From Deltaproteobacteria bacterium (GTDB lineage Bacteria; Myxococcota_A; Polyangia; Fen-1088): DNA of 64,000 nt. Below, piece by piece: positions 56,065 to 64,000 of this stretch (the first letter of the stretch is position 1; every line of letters begins with the position of its first letter). The stretch spans positions 128,001-192,000 of the forward strand of contig JANRKS010000040.1 of assembly GCA_033763315.1 (NCBI GenBank), in the 5' to 3' direction. The notes beneath the pieces were generated by a model. The model saw only the letters and a list, made by a program, of their open reading frames with translations. It had not been told where the DNA came from and did no database searches. The position numbers and the translations under genes were made by a program.

Positions 56065-57541
56065 CCGTCGCGTCCTTGAGCACAAACCGCGCGTCGCGCG
56101 CGTTGCGAAGGGGCTTGCCGTGCACAGACAGGCGCTTAATCACCACGCCCTCAATGTTGTGCTGCGGATCGTAGCCCCAAAACAAGGAGAACGGAAACAC
56201 GCCATCCACCACCTGCACGTTGTCGATCACAACGTCGCGGATCTTGCCGCGAAACGCCGCATGTTTGGCCAGGTCCTCGGCGGGAACCGTCAGCACGCCA
56301 TCCCAGGCACCGTGCAGGTAACGTCGCTCTCGTTCTTCTTTGCTTTCGGGCCGATCGGCGCTGTACTGGCTTAGGAATATCGCAAAATCGAACAACTTCT
56401 GGGTGGAATCCTCCACCCGCACATTCGAGAAGCGCACATTAGAAATCGTGGCATTGTCGCCGTTGTGAATGCTGAACACGGCACCATCTTCCACGTGAAT
56501 CACATCGCAGTCGTGGTAGTAGATGTTTGAGATCACATCGGAACGCAGTTCAAAACCAATCTCAATGGCATTGCCCCAAGCCGCATTCCAAAAAACGCTG
56601 TCCCACACTTCGATGTCTTTGCTGGTCACCTCTGTGGGATAGTCGAAAATGGCTTTGACCACGATGTTGTCGTCTTTGGTGTGAAAGAACGATTTTGAGA
56701 TCTTCACATTGCGGCTGCGCACGATGTCGATGCCATCGTCGCCCCCCGCATCACTTACGATCTTTAGGTTGGTGAACGTGAGGTTCTCGCAGTTGACGGG
56801 CACCACCTCCCACGCCTGGCCATTGGATAGCACCACGCCCTCGACCTCGATATTCTTGCAATCGCGCAAACTGATAAAGTGTCCACGCACCTTTTTGCCC
56901 TTCAACAGTTCGCGCAGGTTGGTGCCATCTAAGATGCCGCGGCCCAAGATCTTCACGTTGGATACGCCCTTGCCCTGGATGCTGCCCTCGACCACCGCGC
57001 CACCGGCGATGTAGACCGTCTCATTGTCTTTCACCTCGATCAAGCCCGGCTTGTGCACCTGGCCGGCCGCGAAGTAATGAACGCCAGGCGCGTTGGGCAG
57101 CGGCGCGTTCTTTTCGATAGGGTTCGCAAAAAGGAACAGCGGGTGCCGCTTGGGCTGACCATTGAGTTCCACAGAAAAGTTTCCGGCCTTCGAAAGTTTG
57201 AATGAAATCTTGTTGCCGTTCGTCACAGGCAACACGCGCCGGCTTAACGGGCGAACGTCGACCCACTTGGGATCGCGGCGCGATGTGATAACCACCTCCG
57301 CGGCGCCCTCGAACTCGAAAGAAGCGATCCCCGCAACCGGCGACTTATAGACAAAGACGTCTTTGCCGTTGACCTGCACGCTGTAATCTGGATCGTTTTC
57401 GAGGCCAGCGGGCGCCGGATACGTTCTCACTTCCGCGGCGGCGGGGGCAGCCAAGGCACACACGGGCGTCATGAAGGCTGCCATGAGGGTGCCGACGAAA
57501 GAGGATTGGCACAGGAGTCGAACCCGACGAGTCACTTGCAT
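56048..57541 (-). CDS. Secreted pectin-lyase-fold glycoside hydrolase (GH28-like)
   Basis: Signal peptide; VYIAGGAVV, GRGILDG, DDGIDI..SRNV.I..SF.HTKDDNI, WGNAIEIG beta-helix pattern. Confidence 0.7.
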   Translation of the reverse strand: MQVTRRVRLLCQSSFVGTLMAAFMTPVCALAAPAAAEVRTYPAPAGLENDPDYSVQVNGKDVFVYKSPVAGIASFEFEGAAEVVITSRRDPKWVDVRPLSRRVLPVTNGNKISFKLSKAGNFSVELNGQPKRHPLFLFANPIEKNAPLPNAPGVHYFAAGQVHKPGLIEVKDNETVYIAGGAVVEGSIQGKGVSNVKILGRGILDGTNLRELLKGKKVRGHFISLRDCKNIEVEGVVLSNGQAWEVVPVNCENLTFTNLKIVSDAGGDDGIDIVRSRNVKISKSFFHTKDDNIVVKAIFDYPTEVTSKDIEVWDSVFWNAAWGNAIEIGFELRSDVISNIYYHDCDVIHVEDGAVFSIHNGDNATISNVRFSNVRVEDSTQKLFDFAIFLSQYSADRPESKEERERRYLHGAWDGVLTVPAEDLAKHAAFRGKIRDVVIDNVQVVDGVFPFSLFWGYDPQHNIEGVVIKRLSVHGKPLRNARDARFVLKDATVKFAN

Positions 57542-57688
57542 GCGGGCAGTATGCCCCGCACAATCGCACCAAGGCGCCTCTCATAACGAAAGTTTGTGGC
57601 CGAAGTCACGACGGGAAGGCACGCAAATCCATCTCCGCGAACCGTTCCTCTGGTTGTGCGTTCGTCGCTTTCGCATTAGGTAAAAGAC

Positions 57689-58849
57689 ATGAAAAACGCT
57701 CTGACCGCTCACATATGCGTTTTGTTCACATTCGTGCTGCTGCCCTTGGCCACCACGCTGGCCCGGCTCGCCCCGCCGGCGCGGGCCGACGACGACATCC
57801 CCACCCTCGCCATTGGCGCCAGCGCGCCCAACTTCGACCTGCCGGGCGTGGATGGCAAAAATCACAAGCTCGACGAGTATGCCAAGTCAGACGTATTGGC
57901 GGTTGTCTTCACCTGCAACCACTGCCCCACCGCGCAGTATTACGAAGATCGACTGAAGTCCCTCGTGACGACGTTCAAAGGCAAAAGCGTCAGCTTCGTG
58001 ATGATCTCGCCCAACGATCCAGACGCTGTGCGCCCCGACGAGTTGGGATACACAGATCTGTCTGACAGCTTCGACGACATGAAGCTGCGCGCGGCTGACA
58101 GGAAGTTCAATTTTCCTTATCTGTTTGGCGGTGGAAAGTACGAAGCCACATCGAAGGCCTACGGCCCCAAGGCCACCCCGCACGCCTTCGTGTTCGACAA
58201 GGCCCGCAAACTTCGGTACTCGGGGCGCGTGGATGATTCAGAACGGGTCAAGCTGGTGAAAAAGCAGGATCTGCGCGACGCCATCACGGCGTTGTTGACG
58301 AACAAGCCAATCGAGACGCCGGTACAAAAGGCTTTCGGTTGCTCCACCAAATGGTCAAACAAACGCGCGGACGTCAAAGACTACTGGAGCAAGATCGCCA
58401 AAGAGCCCGTCACTGTGAAGCCGCTGCCGATCAAAGACGCGCAAGCGCTGCGTGCGAACAAGGACAGCGGCAAGTTTCGTCTCGTCAACTTCTGGGCCAC
58501 CTGGTGTGGGCCTTGTGTCACCGAATTTCCTGAACTCATGCAGATGAACCGGCAATACCGCGGTCGCGACTTTGAGCTGGTTACGGTGGCCGCGCAATTC
58601 CCTGATGAAGAGAAGCAGGTGTTGGCATTTCTGAAGAAACAGCAGGCCAGCAATGCGAACTACTTATTCGGCGACAACGACAAGTACGCCTTGATGGAGT
58701 CGTTCGATAAGAAATGGGAAGGCGGCTTGCCCTTCACCATGTTGCTCGATCCCAAAGGCAAGGTGCTTTATCAAAAGCAGGGCTCGATTGAGGTGCAGAA
58801 GCTCAAAGCGCTCATCGTAAAAGCGTTGAACGCCCACCAGCCTTGGTAG
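57689..58849 (+). CDS. Secreted double-redoxin (two thioredoxin-fold domains) protein
   Basis: Signal peptide; APNFDLPG, FTCNHCP, ATPH, GCSTKW; second domain NFWATWCGPC..EFP, LPFT. Confidence 0.85.
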   Translation: MKNALTAHICVLFTFVLLPLATTLARLAPPARADDDIPTLAIGASAPNFDLPGVDGKNHKLDEYAKSDVLAVVFTCNHCPTAQYYEDRLKSLVTTFKGKSVSFVMISPNDPDAVRPDELGYTDLSDSFDDMKLRAADRKFNFPYLFGGGKYEATSKAYGPKATPHAFVFDKARKLRYSGRVDDSERVKLVKKQDLRDAITALLTNKPIETPVQKAFGCSTKWSNKRADVKDYWSKIAKEPVTVKPLPIKDAQALRANKDSGKFRLVNFWATWCGPCVTEFPELMQMNRQYRGRDFELVTVAAQFPDEEKQVLAFLKKQQASNANYLFGDNDKYALMESFDKKWEGGLPFTMLLDPKGKVLYQKQGSIEVQKLKALIVKALNAHQPW

Positions 58850-58851
58850 AT

Positions 58852-59928
58852 TCATTCCCGCATGCGGTCCCGCACGAACGGGCCGTGGCCAAACAACCAT
58901 TCGTCGGTCCAGCCACCGCCCACGGGCGCCCCTTCCTTGAGCAGGCAGCTTGAATCAGGCTTGCAGCCATCCAACTTCCACGCCGTCCAACTGATGCCAC
59001 GTTCGTTCATCCAGGTGTTCCAAACCTGTGCGGCATCCAAACACAATTTTCCATCGCGACCGCCGTCAGCGTTCGTGGCGCCCCACTCGGTCACAAACAG
59101 CGCCAAGCCTTTTTGCACCGCCAGATCGCCCAGGCCCCGCACAAGATCGGCGTGGCTGCACGAATAGAAGTGCAGGGTGTACATCAAGTTGTTACCTGTC
59201 AGCGGGCTGGCCGCGGCTTCATCCACCTTTTGCGACCATTGCGGCGTACCCAAAATGATGACGTTGTCGGGATCATGCGCGCGGATCGCAGCCACAACAG
59301 CTGCGTGGTAGGGCTTCAACACCTTCGCCCAACTCACTTGCAAGGGCTCATTGAACGTTTCCCACAGGACGTTCGGCACGTCTTTGAACTCTTGCGCCAA
59401 CGCGCCGAAAAACGCCACGGACTGCGCCTGATGCATGTGTGCGTTGTGGTCGTGCCAATCCACAATCACGTAAACGCCTTCAGCGATGGCGTTCTTAACG
59501 ATCGTCCGCACCTTGTCAGCGGCGGTGGCAGGATCCGTCAAATAGGCCCCCGCAGGCTCCACGCCCATGGCGGCGCGGATCACGCTTAGATTCCAGGCGT
59601 CGCGCATCCACGCCAAAGCCCCCCGGCTTTGCGCATAACCATCCGCTTCCCAATTGAGCCACATGCTGCTGGGGCCTTTGAGCTGCACCGGCCGCCCCAA
59701 AGCGTCGCACAGGCGCGTGCCGCACACGGAAAGTTGCCCAAACCACCACACAGGCGACCCCACCGGCCCAGGCCCCATCGCCGCCACCGCACCACCTCCA
59801 TCATCAATGCCGCCGTCGCCCGTGCGAGGGTTAAACGTCTTGCCTCCCGTGCCGTAATCCGGATCGGCGGCGCATCCGGACGAGCCTAAGCAAGCACAAA
59901 TCACAAGACCAACGAGGGCTGCTTTCAC
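58852..59928 (-). CDS. GH5 endoglucanase (cellulase) lipoprotein
   Basis: Signal ending SSGC; VQLKGPS, VIRAAM, IVDWH, acid/base NEP, LHFY, nucleophile FVTEWG, ISWTAW. Confidence 0.9.
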   Translation of the reverse strand: MKAALVGLVICACLGSSGCAADPDYGTGGKTFNPRTGDGGIDDGGGAVAAMGPGPVGSPVWWFGQLSVCGTRLCDALGRPVQLKGPSSMWLNWEADGYAQSRGALAWMRDAWNLSVIRAAMGVEPAGAYLTDPATAADKVRTIVKNAIAEGVYVIVDWHDHNAHMHQAQSVAFFGALAQEFKDVPNVLWETFNEPLQVSWAKVLKPYHAAVVAAIRAHDPDNVIILGTPQWSQKVDEAAASPLTGNNLMYTLHFYSCSHADLVRGLGDLAVQKGLALFVTEWGATNADGGRDGKLCLDAAQVWNTWMNERGISWTAWKLDGCKPDSSCLLKEGAPVGGGWTDEWLFGHGPFVRDRMRE

Positions 59929-60021
59929 CTTCGAACAACACCCCTTCTACACAAGGTGAGAACATGTAACGAATCGCTCAGCCACAGGCATAGGGAGCCG
60001 CCCTCAGTTACAGTCGTACCC

Positions 60022-60765
60022 ATGCTTCTTGTGGCCCTGCGTTCACCACCCTTCGACGCCCCGCTGGTTGCGAACATCGCCACCGCCTTGCATCTAACCC
60101 CCGCAGACGTTCGACCGCGCACCACCGGGCCCGGGCCGTGGGTGCTTTCGATCGCAAACGAAGGGCTAGACGAGGGTGTTGCGCGCTTGGCCTCGCTTGG
60201 CATCCACGCCGTGCTGGTGGATCCCGCGCTGACCCCAACTGACGACGATCGGGTGCTGGCGCGCAGCTTGACGATCACAAAAACCCAACTGCTGGTCACT
60301 GATGGCGGCGGTGTGACACACGCATGCCCGTGGCCATCATTGGCGTTGCTGCAGAGAGGAACGCGCAACTCCACGACCCGCCAAACCACGAAGACCACGC
60401 AGCGCAAGCTGTCGATGGGCCGAGCGCTTCTGACCGGTGGCTTATCGCTTACAAAGAAGGAGGTGGTGGAGGAGACAAAGACCACCCTACTTTCGGAGCG
60501 CTTCGTGCTGTTGAGCCGCAACGACGGCGAAAGCGATGTGATGCTCTACGAGCGCCGTGTGAATTACCAGTTTTTGGGCCCAGCCATGCAGGCTTCCAGT
60601 TTTGCGAACCTGCAAAGCGCGGTGGCGCTGATTCTCACTCACCAACCAGTGCCAGAAGACGCCCGGGTGGCGACGCCCGGTTTCGTCGGACGATTGCCGA
60701 AAACGCGCGTCGACCCGGTGGACCTCGCGCTGCACCTAGCGCAGCTCGTCAATGTCGTGAATTAA
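60022..60765 (+). CDS. Hypothetical protein
   Basis: Fills the gap between genes with a plausible globular sequence (RKLSMGRALLTGGL); no recognised motif. Confidence 0.6.
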   Translation: MLLVALRSPPFDAPLVANIATALHLTPADVRPRTTGPGPWVLSIANEGLDEGVARLASLGIHAVLVDPALTPTDDDRVLARSLTITKTQLLVTDGGGVTHACPWPSLALLQRGTRNSTTRQTTKTTQRKLSMGRALLTGGLSLTKKEVVEETKTTLLSERFVLLSRNDGESDVMLYERRVNYQFLGPAMQASSFANLQSAVALILTHQPVPEDARVATPGFVGRLPKTRVDPVDLALHLAQLVNVVN

Positions 60766-60849
60766 ACAGTAGACGAGTGAAACGCACGTCACACACATGG
60801 TAACATTTCATACCACTTCGTATCATGCGCTGGTACCTTAAGTGTAACC

Positions 60850-62307
60850 ATGCAGCACCATCATCTTCTGGCCCGCTTCGCCCCTCTGTCCCTCTGTTTG
60901 GCCGCATTTTTGGGTTCCACACCCGTGCGCGCCGAAGCGCTCCCCAAACTCAAAGTCAGCGCAGACAACCGCAATCTGATTCAAGACAACGGCAAACCAT
61001 TTTTCTACCTTGCCGACACCGGCTGGGAACTGTTTCACCGCCTAAACCGCCAAGAGGCAGTGACGTATCTCGACACGCGCGCGCGCCAAAAATACACCGT
61101 CATTCAAGCGGTGGCCGTTGCAGAACTAAACGGTGTCACTGATCCGAACGCTTACGGCGATAAGCCCTTTATCGAAAACAACTTCAGCAAACCGGCGATC
61201 ACGCCAGGCTCGGATCCCAAGAACACCGATCAATATGACTATTGGGATCACGTGGACTTCATCGTCGACGCTGCAGCGACGCGCGGGATCTACATCGCGC
61301 TGCTGCCAGCGTGGGGCCGCTTCATCAACAACGACAAGCTGCTTAAGCCCGAAAACGCCGAGGATTATGGCGTGTGGTTGGGCAAGCGTTACGCGAAGAA
61401 GAACGTCATTTGGGTGTTAGGCGGCGATCGCGATTTTACTGGCCAAGAAGAGACCCTGCGCAAGCTTGCCAAGGGAATCACGATCGGTGTTGCGGGCAAA
61501 GAGGACTACAGCCAAACGTTGATGACGTTGCACCCGTGCGGTGGCTGTTCTTCGTCGCGCTGGTTCCACAATGATCCGTGGCTTGATTTTGATATGCAGC
61601 AAAACGGCCACAATGCCAACGTGCCCGTGTGGACACGGCTTGAAAATGATCGCGTTCGCGAACCAACAAAACCAGTGATGGACGGCGAACCACTTTACGA
61701 AGATCACCCCGTGGCCTTCAACGCGCCTGAAAACGGCTATTCGGTGGACGCTGACGTTCGCAAGTTCGCATATTGGGACCTTTTGTCGGGCGCCTTCGGT
61801 CACACGTATGGCCACCACTCGGTTTGGCAGATGTATGCGCCGGGACGCGACCCAATCAACGGCCCGACGATGTATTGGTACGAGGCTTTGAACCGTCCAG
61901 GCGCGGGCGAGATGCAATACGCCAGAGCGTTGCTCGAATCACGCCCGCTGCTTGCGCGCGTTCCCGATCCTTCGATGGTTGCTGTGCAGCCGAAGTTCGA
62001 TCCTTCGTACATTGCCGCCTCACGCGGGGAGGACTACGCCATGTTCTATTCAGCGGAAGGCCGCAGGATCAACGTCAAGCTCGGCAAGATCAGCGGCGAA
62101 AAAGTGAAAGCCTGGTGGTTCAACCCCCGCACCGGCGGCGCCATCGAGATCGGCACCTTCGAGAACAAAGGCTCTCACGGCTGGGACTGCCCCTCGAAGG
62201 GCTACGCCAGCGATTGGGTGCTGGTGCTGGACGACGCAAGCAAGAACTACCCCGCTCCGGGCACCACGGTGCGCGCGGAAGCCAAGGCCACCGCACCCAA
62301 AAAGTAA
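60850..62307 (+). CDS. GH140 apiosidase-like protein (DUF4038 plus C-terminal domain)
   Basis: Signal peptide; GKPFFYLADTGWELFHRL, YWDHVD, IWVLGGD, KPVMDGEPLYE, GHTYG, WFNPRTG, DWVLVL. Confidence 0.85.
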   Translation: MQHHHLLARFAPLSLCLAAFLGSTPVRAEALPKLKVSADNRNLIQDNGKPFFYLADTGWELFHRLNRQEAVTYLDTRARQKYTVIQAVAVAELNGVTDPNAYGDKPFIENNFSKPAITPGSDPKNTDQYDYWDHVDFIVDAAATRGIYIALLPAWGRFINNDKLLKPENAEDYGVWLGKRYAKKNVIWVLGGDRDFTGQEETLRKLAKGITIGVAGKEDYSQTLMTLHPCGGCSSSRWFHNDPWLDFDMQQNGHNANVPVWTRLENDRVREPTKPVMDGEPLYEDHPVAFNAPENGYSVDADVRKFAYWDLLSGAFGHTYGHHSVWQMYAPGRDPINGPTMYWYEALNRPGAGEMQYARALLESRPLLARVPDPSMVAVQPKFDPSYIAASRGEDYAMFYSAEGRRINVKLGKISGEKVKAWWFNPRTGGAIEIGTFENKGSHGWDCPSKGYASDWVLVLDDASKNYPAPGTTVRAEAKATAPKK

Positions 62308-62330
62308 ACGCCGTCGCCGCAAGAATTTTT

Positions 62331-62366
62331 ACGCCGCCCGGGCTTTCCTAGGGCGGCGTTTTTATT
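62331..62366 (+). terminator. Rho-independent terminator
   Basis: Stem ACGCCGCCC/GGGCGGCGT followed by TTTTATT. Confidence 0.75.
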
Positions 62367-62504
62367 GAGAAAGCGCATGCCACGAGACGTGAATCGTCAA
62401 GAATGCGCTGTCACTAGACATAGGTTATACGCTTGCTTGGATATGCCCATGCTGGTATTGGGGACCCTAGGTTAGATCTTTTTACAAACCTTGGAGTCGT
62501 CCTT

Positions 62505-63410
62505 ATGAAAGCGAAACTATTGTGCCTCGTAACAAGCATATCTTTGGCCCTCGCCGTGGCCTGCGGATCTTCGTCGAACAACGATGACGGCAGCGATAAG
62601 GGCGGCGGCGGCTCGGGTGGCAAAGCCTCTGGCGGCAAGGGTGGTGCCGGCGGCTCGGGCGGCAAAGCCAGCGGAGGCGCCGGTGGCAAAGCAGCCGGTG
62701 GGTCAGGCGGCTCATCCTCGGGGGGCACAGGCGGCTCGGCTTCAGGCGGCACAGGCGGCACAGCTTCTGGCGGCGCAGGCGGCACAGCCTCAGGCGGCGC
62801 AGGCGGGATGGCTTCAGGTGGCGCAGGCGGCGTGGCTTCTGGCGGCGCGGGCGGCATGGCCTCAGGCGGCGCGGGTGGCATGGCTTCAGGCAACAACGGC
62901 GACACAGCCGAGTGGAACTTCGAGCAACAGGTCCAACTGTGGAAAAGCCTTCGCGGCCCGGACACCGTGAAGCTGAGCACCGCGACCGTTTTCAAGGGTA
63001 ACCAATCGCTCGAACTGCCGATCAACGTGACCGAAGCCGAGCTCGCCACAGCGGCGGCCGCCACGCCTCCCAAAACAACGGTGGAGCGCGGTTTGGGTCT
63101 GCAAAACCCGGGCATCATCGCTATGGCGGGCGTGCCGTCATGGTCCGGCAAAACGATCACGTTCCACGTGTGGGTTCCAACCAATTTTCCAGATGGCTAC
63201 TTCACGGCGTACATCCTTGGTGGGACACAGCCTTGGAAAGACTCAGGATTCACGGGTCTAAACAAGGGCGGATGGACGACGGTCACTTTCACCGCGCCAG
63301 CGGTGTCGGACGCAGGTCAAAACAGCTTCCTTGAGATGGGCTTGTACTTCAACGGTTTCTCTGCGCCGTGGACGGGCAGCATCTTCGTGGATTCAGTTGA
63401 AGTGATGTAA
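62505..63410 (+). CDS. Lipoprotein with long Gly-rich repeat tether and C-terminal beta-sandwich (CBM-like) domain
   Basis: RBS GGAG, lipobox AVAC, (ASGGxGGx)n, WNFE..GNQSL..ITFHVWVP..GGWTTVTF..IFVDSVEV. Confidence 0.75.
   Translation: MKAKLLCLVTSISLALAVACGSSSNNDDGSDKGGGGSGGKASGGKGGAGGSGGKASGGAGGKAAGGSGGSSSGGTGGSASGGTGGTASGGAGGTASGGAGGMASGGAGGVASGGAGGMASGGAGGMASGNNGDTAEWNFEQQVQLWKSLRGPDTVKLSTATVFKGNQSLELPINVTEAELATAAAATPPKTTVERGLGLQNPGIIAMAGVPSWSGKTITFHVWVPTNFPDGYFTAYILGGTQPWKDSGFTGLNKGGWTTVTFTAPAVSDAGQNSFLEMGLYFNGFSAPWTGSIFVDSVEVM
62739..62882 (+). repeat. 6 x 24-bp coding tandem repeat (ASGGxGGx)
   Basis: Units like GCTTCAGGCGGCACAGGCGGCACA and GCCTCAGGCGGCGCAGGCGGGATG. Confidence 0.85.
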
Positions 63411-63505
63411 TCAATTTATCGGCGCCGCTCTCCCATTGAGCCCTCATTAAGGTGGGCGCAGAGAGCGGCGTTCGTGTGCGCTTGGTATAAACGTCGTCCG
63501 TAACG

Positions 63506-64000
63506 ATGGAATACCGCGTATTGGGGAAATCAGGGTTGAAGGTTCCCGCACTCAGTTTGGGCACCGGCACATTTGGTGGTGGCAGCGAATTCTTCCGCGC
63601 CTGGGGCACCTCGGATGTCAAGGAAGCCAGCCGTTTGATCGACGTTTGTCTCGACGCAGGCCTCACGATGTTCGACTCGGCCGACATCTATTCTGGTGGG
63701 CTTTCAGAAGAGATCTTGGGCCAAGCCATCAAGGGCCGCCGCGAACGTTTGTTGATCTCCACAAAGGCCACATTCCGTTCAGGAACAGGTCCGAATGACG
63801 TGGGATCTTCGCGGCACCATTTGCTCAAAGCCGTTGAGGGTTCGCTTCGGCGCCTGGGCACCGACCACATCGATGTGTTTCAGTTGCACGGCTTCGATGC
63901 CGTCACGCCTTTGGAAGAGACGCTGAGCACCCTTGATGACTTGGTGCGCGCCGGCAAACTTCGCTACATCGGTTGCTCCAACTTCTCAGGTTGGCATTTG
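63506..64000 (+). CDS. Aldo/keto reductase, 3'-truncated by the window edge
   Basis: Read directly from the sequence (absent from the ORF track): MEYRVLGKSGLKV..LGTGTFG, FDSADIY, LISTK, SLRRLGTDHIDVFQLH, GKLRYIGCSN. Confidence 0.9.
   Translation, partial: MEYRVLGKSGLKVPALSLGTGTFGGGSEFFRAWGTSDVKEASRLIDVCLDAGLTMFDSADIYSGGLSEEILGQAIKGRRERLLISTKATFRSGTGPNDVGSSRHHLLKAVEGSLRRLGTDHIDVFQLHGFDAVTPLEETLSTLDDLVRAGKLRYIGCSNFSGWHL

Noticed and set aside
57580-57670. Possible c-di-GMP (GEMM) riboswitch: GAAA-looped hairpin and ACGCAAA
   Set aside because: The required upstream GGCAAA element and the spacing are absent; an Rfam/Infernal search would be needed and the by-eye match is poor.
62414-63184. Antisense Pro-rich ORF (PPAPPEA repeats); similar ones at 36245-36741
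   Set aside because: Shadow of the Gly-rich linkers on the coding strand.
63423-63470. Inverted repeat CGCCGCTCTC/GAGAGCGGCG after the lipoprotein gene
   Set aside because: Long loop and no U-tract; could be an mRNA-stabilising hairpin but is not supportable as a terminator or ncRNA.
1-64000. tRNA, rRNA, transposase, integrase, prophage or CRISPR features
   Set aside because: None recognised. Intergenic gaps are short and the long ORFs are accounted for; a tRNAscan/Rfam run would confirm.

Overview
High-GC bacterial DNA, most consistent with a myxobacterium-like organism (Myxococcota/deltaproteobacterial): many lipoproteins with Gly/Ser-rich tethers, a Ser/Thr kinase-STAND ATPase-TPR fusion and sigma54-type promoters. 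The taxonomy is inferred. About 50 CDSs are supportable; no rRNA, tRNA, CRISPR array or mobile element was seen. In order, the window holds: a tandem pair of STAND/AAA-type ATPases (the first membrane-anchored and 5'-truncated); a GT2 glycosyltransferase with two lipoproteins; pfkA; a general-stress-like block (cls, YtxG/YtxH-like pair, PfpI, REC-GGDEF-degenerate EAL, RssB/RssC-like pair); a heme-oxygenase-like diiron enzyme, PurD-like ATP-grasp ligase and NPPY methyltransferase trio; fadD; a kinase-STAND-TPR gene divergent from two paralogous xxxNGL-repeat lipoproteins, each preceded by a near-identical tandem-dyad plus sigma54 promoter; a rearranged 2-oxoacid dehydrogenase operon with a Rieske ferredoxin; several plant-glycan CAZymes (SGNH, GH3, GH106, GH28-like, GH5, GH140); an OPT transporter with an orphan beta-propeller histidine kinase; a long adenylate-kinase-like protein; HU; a five-gene KS-ACP-flavoprotein-type III PKS-methyltransferase cluster next to an HTH-only LysR and a map gene; and a 3'-truncated aldo/keto reductase. 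Best candidates for undescribed systems: (1) the sigma54-controlled NGL-repeat lipoprotein pair with its divergent kinase-STAND gene, (2) the diiron oxidase/ATP-grasp/N-methyltransferase trio, (3) the KS/ACP-primed type III PKS cluster, (4) the tandem STAND ATPases. All family calls come from motif recognition by eye; no database searches were run.
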